Part shown: positions 60,083 through 64,000 of the stretch, one piece after another | How positions within the stretch are numbered: position 1 is the stretch's first letter | Layout: each line of letters starts with the position of its first letter | Assembly: GCA_040767965.1 (NCBI GenBank) | Contig: JAXGNR010000009.1 | Span: forward strand, 61,517 to 125,516 | Source: Atribacterota bacterium | Lineage (GTDB): Bacteria; Atribacterota; Phoenicimicrobiia; Phoenicimicrobiales; Stramentimicrobiaceae | DNA: 64,000 bases | Direction: 5' to 3' | Program-made: the position numbers and the translations under genes | Notes under the pieces: model-generated | What the model was told of the DNA's origin: nothing | Database searches by the model: none | What the model saw: only the letters and a program-made list of their open reading frames with translations

Positions 60083-61495
60083 ATGGAATACGATTTTGAC
60101 CTGATATGTATAGGGCTTGGCCCAGCAGGGATGGCGGTTTCCGCTATGGGAGCAGAAATGGGTTTAAAAGTGTGCAGTATTGAAAAGAACAAAATTGGCG
60201 GAGAGTGTATGAATGTTGGATGTATTCCCAGTAAATCGTTATTAAGAATAGCCAAATACAGACATTCTTTCGTAAAATTAGAAGAAATGGGTCTGGGAGA
60301 AGGATCAATGGCCGGAGTGAAAGCACCCTTCGAAAAAATTAATGAGTACCTGAGATATATTGCAGAAGAAAAAAATATGAAAATGTTTGACAAAGTAACT
60401 CTTATTTTAGATGAAGGTGAAGCCAGTTTTGTTGATTCTAATACTGTGAAAGTGGGAAATAGAGCTATTACTGCCCAAAAGATATTTATAGCAACCGGAG
60501 CTGAACCAATGATTCCTCCTATTAAGGGAATAACAGATATTGATATCCTGACTAATAAAAATATTTTCAATTTATCTGATTTTCCAAAAAGCATGACTAT
60601 TATCGGTGGTGGAGCAATTGGCTGTGAACTGGCACAAGCTTTTAGCCGCCTGGGCACGAAATGTACCATAGTCCAGATGGATGATTTTTTAATTCCCGGT
60701 GGAGAGAAAACTACCGGAGAGTATTTGGAAGAGATTTTTAAAAAGGAAGGCATTGCAGTTTATAATTCCCAAAAAATAATTGAAGTCAAGCAAGAATTTG
60801 GGAAGATAACTCTATCAACAGAAGAAGGACTCAATATTTCCTCAGAAAAACTGCTAATAGCTGCAGGCAAAAAATTTGATTTTAATTCTTTAAAACTGGA
60901 AAATGCAGGTGTGGAATATGATGAATTTGGAATTAAAGTAGATGATAAATATCGAACATCTGTTAAGCATATCTATGCAGTCGGTGATTGTAATGGCGAG
61001 AATCTATTAACTCATGCAGCTATGCATCAGGGGATGTTTGCCTTGATGAATGCGGTAAGTCCCTGGAGAATATTTAAATATAAAAAATATGTTATTCCCT
61101 GGACAATATTTACAGAACCCCAGGTTTCTATGGTAGGTAAACAAGAAGAAGATTTGCAGGAAAAAGGGATTAAATATCAAACCTATACAGCAAAATATGA
61201 AAACTATGGTGCTGCCATTGCTGAAAATGTTAGCGAAGGATATGTGAAAGTATTTGCCAATGGCAGGGGAAGGGTATTTGGTGCCATTATTGTAGGAGAC
61301 GGTTCCGGGGAGATGATTAATGAGTGGGCATTAATAATCCAAAAAAGAATAAGACTTTATAGTATTTTATTTTTAGCACATTCTTTTCCAACTATGGGGT
61401 TTTTAACTAAACAGATAGCAGAGCAATGGATGATGGCAAAAATGAAAAGAAATTTACTGAAAAATATATTCCGTTTTTGTTTTCGTAAATTATAA
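60083..61495 (+). CDS. Class I pyridine nucleotide-disulfide oxidoreductase (Lpd/MerA-like)
   Basis: GLGPAG, GGECMNVGCIPSK, GGGAIGCE, YAVGD. Confidence 0.88.
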   Translation: MEYDFDLICIGLGPAGMAVSAMGAEMGLKVCSIEKNKIGGECMNVGCIPSKSLLRIAKYRHSFVKLEEMGLGEGSMAGVKAPFEKINEYLRYIAEEKNMKMFDKVTLILDEGEASFVDSNTVKVGNRAITAQKIFIATGAEPMIPPIKGITDIDILTNKNIFNLSDFPKSMTIIGGGAIGCELAQAFSRLGTKCTIVQMDDFLIPGGEKTTGEYLEEIFKKEGIAVYNSQKIIEVKQEFGKITLSTEEGLNISSEKLLIAAGKKFDFNSLKLENAGVEYDEFGIKVDDKYRTSVKHIYAVGDCNGENLLTHAAMHQGMFALMNAVSPWRIFKYKKYVIPWTIFTEPQVSMVGKQEEDLQEKGIKYQTYTAKYENYGAAIAENVSEGYVKVFANGRGRVFGAIIVGDGSGEMINEWALIIQKRIRLYSILFLAHSFPTMGFLTKQIAEQWMMAKMKRNLLKNIFRFCFRKL

Positions 61496-61678
61496 TCAGG
61501 AGATATCTATTATATTTTCCGATGGATAACTAACATATTATAAACAAAATAGGGATTATTTATGAAATTGTTAATTTCATTTGCAAAATAATTCTATTTT
61601 ATGAGATAATTAATTATCATCAATAGTTTTTATAGATTTTGACAGCTTTCTTTAATTTTAATAACCAATAGGTAAATT

Positions 61679-63574
61679 ATGAAAAATAAAGAAAGAGATC
61701 CTGTTTTCCTTCCTGATTTTTTCAGATTTTCTGAGTATTATTATCATTTCCCTTATCCTGTTATTGAAGTAGACACATCTGGAAAAATAATTAACTCAAA
61801 TCCTTCTGCCAGGCAATTTTTCCAAAAAAATGAAGTAAAAACAAATGTTTCCAGCAAATTATTATTTGACGGATATTTCTCTGCTGATTTTGAAGGTAAA
61901 TTCAAAAAAGTGATAAAAAAAGGTAATGGGGTATTTTTTACCAAATCAGCAAAAAATGAATTTTATGAATCAACAATAGAAGTACATGTGAACAGAATAA
62001 AGCAGGAAAATTTTGAAAAGATAATTGTGCACCTATTATTTATTACAAACCCAGGTATTCTGGAAGAAGAGTTTTCAAGTGACAATTCCGGCAAGGAAAA
62101 AGTTGATGCTGGTAAATGGAAAGAATTATCCAAAACAATCAAAGATAAATTTATTGCATTAACTATAAAATACCAGGAGACCAAAAAAAGAGAAAAAAGA
62201 TTTCAGGATATAGTAGAAATGCTACCGGGGATTGTTATTGAATTTGACAAAAAAGGTCAGATTACTTTTATAAATAAGAATGCTACCAAAATATTAGGTT
62301 ATACAGAAGAGGAATTATTGCAGCAGAAAAAAATATGTCAGCTTATTTCTATTCCTGGTTGCAAAAAAATTAAACCTAAATTAGAAGAATTGTTGGAAGT
62401 AGAAGCAATTTATCCACAAGAATATTCATTGATAAAAAAAGATCAAAGCTTAATGCCTGTAGAAATACTTGGGACCACTCTTAAAAATGAAACAGGTGAA
62501 GCAGTTGGTTTTCGGGGAATTATACTGGATACAACTCTTCGCAAAGAGTATGAAGATAAAATACGTTATCTGAGTTTTCATGATAAGCTAACTGACCTGT
62601 ACAACAGGGCTTATTTCGAAGAGGAGCTTAAAAGGTTAGATGATGAAAGGAATATTCCCATTAGTATTATCATGGGTGATGTAAATAATTTAAAAACAAT
62701 CAATGATACTTTTGGACATCAGCAAGGGGATAAACTTTTACAAAAAATTGCCTCAATTTTAAAATCAAGTTTTCGTAAAAGTGATGTAGTGAGCCGTTGG
62801 GGCGGAGATGAATTTGGAATAATTTTGCCTTTGACCTCAAAAGAAAAAGGCCTTTCTGCTATTGAGAGAATAATAAAAAAATGTCAAAAAAGCAGCACTT
62901 TAACCCTACCGCTTAGTATTTCAATGGGGATAGCTGTTAAAGAAAATTCTTCAGAAAATATTTATTCAATCATCAGAGAAGCAGAAAGCAAGATGTATCG
63001 CTACAAATTGATTGACAAAAAAATTGCAGATGTAAATATTATTCAATCTCTGGAAAAAGCATTACAAAAGAAAAGATATGAAACAAAAGAATATCGTAAA
63101 AATTTTATAAAGTGTGCCCTTTCTTTTGGGGTAAAATTAAAATTAGAAAAACAGCAAATACAGGATTTAAAATTACTTGCAACTCTTTGTGATATGGGGA
63201 AAGTTGCTATTAGTGAGGAAATAATTCTAAAAAAAGGATGGCTGACTGAAAGTGAATGGGAAGAGATTAAAAGACACCCTGAGGTTGGTTTCAGGATTGC
63301 TAAATCTTCACCCGAAATAGCCCATATTGCTGATGCAGTTTTATATCATCACGAATACTGGAACGGCAAAGGTTATCCCAAAGGGAAAAAAGAGAAAGAA
63401 ATTCCATTGTTAGCTAGAATTATTCATATTGTAAATGCCTATCAGGCAATGATACATAATCGCCCTTATCGCTCCGCTATGAAAAAGAAAGAAGCTATCG
63501 GAGAATTAAAAAAAGGGCAAGGGGTGCAATTTGATCCTAAGCTAACAGAAGCATTCATAGCTATGATTTCCTGA
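61679..63574 (+). CDS. PAS-GGDEF-HD-GYP signalling protein
   Basis: PAS domains, RWGGDEF, HHEYWNGKGYP; HD motif degenerate (CDMGK). Confidence 0.9.
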   Translation: MKNKERDPVFLPDFFRFSEYYYHFPYPVIEVDTSGKIINSNPSARQFFQKNEVKTNVSSKLLFDGYFSADFEGKFKKVIKKGNGVFFTKSAKNEFYESTIEVHVNRIKQENFEKIIVHLLFITNPGILEEEFSSDNSGKEKVDAGKWKELSKTIKDKFIALTIKYQETKKREKRFQDIVEMLPGIVIEFDKKGQITFINKNATKILGYTEEELLQQKKICQLISIPGCKKIKPKLEELLEVEAIYPQEYSLIKKDQSLMPVEILGTTLKNETGEAVGFRGIILDTTLRKEYEDKIRYLSFHDKLTDLYNRAYFEEELKRLDDERNIPISIIMGDVNNLKTINDTFGHQQGDKLLQKIASILKSSFRKSDVVSRWGGDEFGIILPLTSKEKGLSAIERIIKKCQKSSTLTLPLSISMGIAVKENSSENIYSIIREAESKMYRYKLIDKKIADVNIIQSLEKALQKKRYETKEYRKNFIKCALSFGVKLKLEKQQIQDLKLLATLCDMGKVAISEEIILKKGWLTESEWEEIKRHPEVGFRIAKSSPEIAHIADAVLYHHEYWNGKGYPKGKKEKEIPLLARIIHIVNAYQAMIHNRPYRSAMKKKEAIGELKKGQGVQFDPKLTEAFIAMIS

Positions 63575-63695
63575 TTAAAATTGCAACATCCGCTAGTTAG
63601 AAGATAAATACTTTTCTATAAGTCATCTCATATAAATATTTTTATACTCCTTTCTATGCCTGAGAGTATTGACATTTTATAAAAAAAGTTGATAA

Positions 63696-63730
63696 TAATA
63701 TTATAGACTGACCGTCAGTCTATAATATTA
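63696..63730. promoter_or_regulatory. Palindromic operator upstream of the TetR gene
   Basis: taatattatagactgac-c-gtcagtctataatatta, perfect 17-bp arms. Confidence 0.75.
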
Positions 63731-63761
63731 CAATATCATAAATATCATAGAAGGCTTATAT

Positions 63762-64000
63762 ATGCGAACTATAAAAAACCCATGCGAAAGAAAAAAAGAG
63801 TTTTTAGTTATTGCCAGAAAACTATTTTTTACTAAAGGATATGATCAAACATCTGTTGATGAAATCATTAAAGAAGTTGGGCTGTCAAAGGGTAGTTTTT
63901 ATTATTATTTCAAGTCAAAAGAAGATTTACTGGATGAATTAACCAGGGAGTTAAGTTTACAGATTTTAACTAAGATTAAAGAGATTGTAAACAGGGATAA
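63762..64000 (+). CDS. TetR/AcrR-family transcriptional regulator, partial
   Basis: MRTIKNPCERKKEFLVIARKLFFTKGYDQTSVDEIIKEVGLSKGSFYYYFKSKEDLL is a TetR HTH. Confidence 0.92.
   Translation, partial: MRTIKNPCERKKEFLVIARKLFFTKGYDQTSVDEIIKEVGLSKGSFYYYFKSKEDLLDELTRELSLQILTKIKEIVNRD

Noticed and set aside
60001-60753. 250-aa minus-strand ORF, and the many other short track ORFs overlapping genes (e.g. 12865-13362, 35498-35953, 42279-42686)
   Set aside because: Antisense or out-of-frame to well-supported genes; no motifs or RBS
60083-61495. Mercuric reductase MerA
   Set aside because: No C-terminal CC pair, no N-terminal HMA domain, no mer genes nearby
62570-62830. GGDEF domain as a Hypr (cGAMP) synthase partner of the A20 riboswitch
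   Set aside because: NDTFGHQQGD keeps Asp at the PleD D344-equivalent position, which predicts c-di-GMP

Overview
AT-rich chromosomal window from what looks like an anaerobic, outer-membrane-bearing bacterium (TamB and OmpA together with a T-box and a tungsten-type AOR; an Atribacterota-like origin is my inference only). Housekeeping content: LivJ-type binding protein, TRAP transporter, TrkA, a complete trpEGDCFBA operon, aldehyde:ferredoxin oxidoreductase, PEPCK-like protein, clostripain, an osmoprotectant ABC transporter, a PAS-GGDEF-HD-GYP protein and a TetR regulator. The most interesting layer is non-coding. There are two Moco riboswitches; one is a structural variant heading a Mo/W uptake operon that begins with a cytoplasmic Crp-like/WtpA fusion. 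There is a Trp T-box with an ultrashort stem I and a duplicated antiterminator. Two cyclic-dinucleotide (GEMM) riboswitches lie in tandem: one A20 (cGAMP-type) and one G20 carrying a ~215-nt repeat array inside P2. A tandem glycine riboswitch has an altered first aptamer. A repeat-rich region at 48.5-56.1 kb holds two small palindromic repeat families, riboswitch-controlled lipoprotein genes and a MazF module flanked by direct repeats. The AOR gene is a GC mosaic. No rRNA, tRNA, CRISPR array or transposase was seen. All calls are from reading the sequence by eye; no database searches were run.
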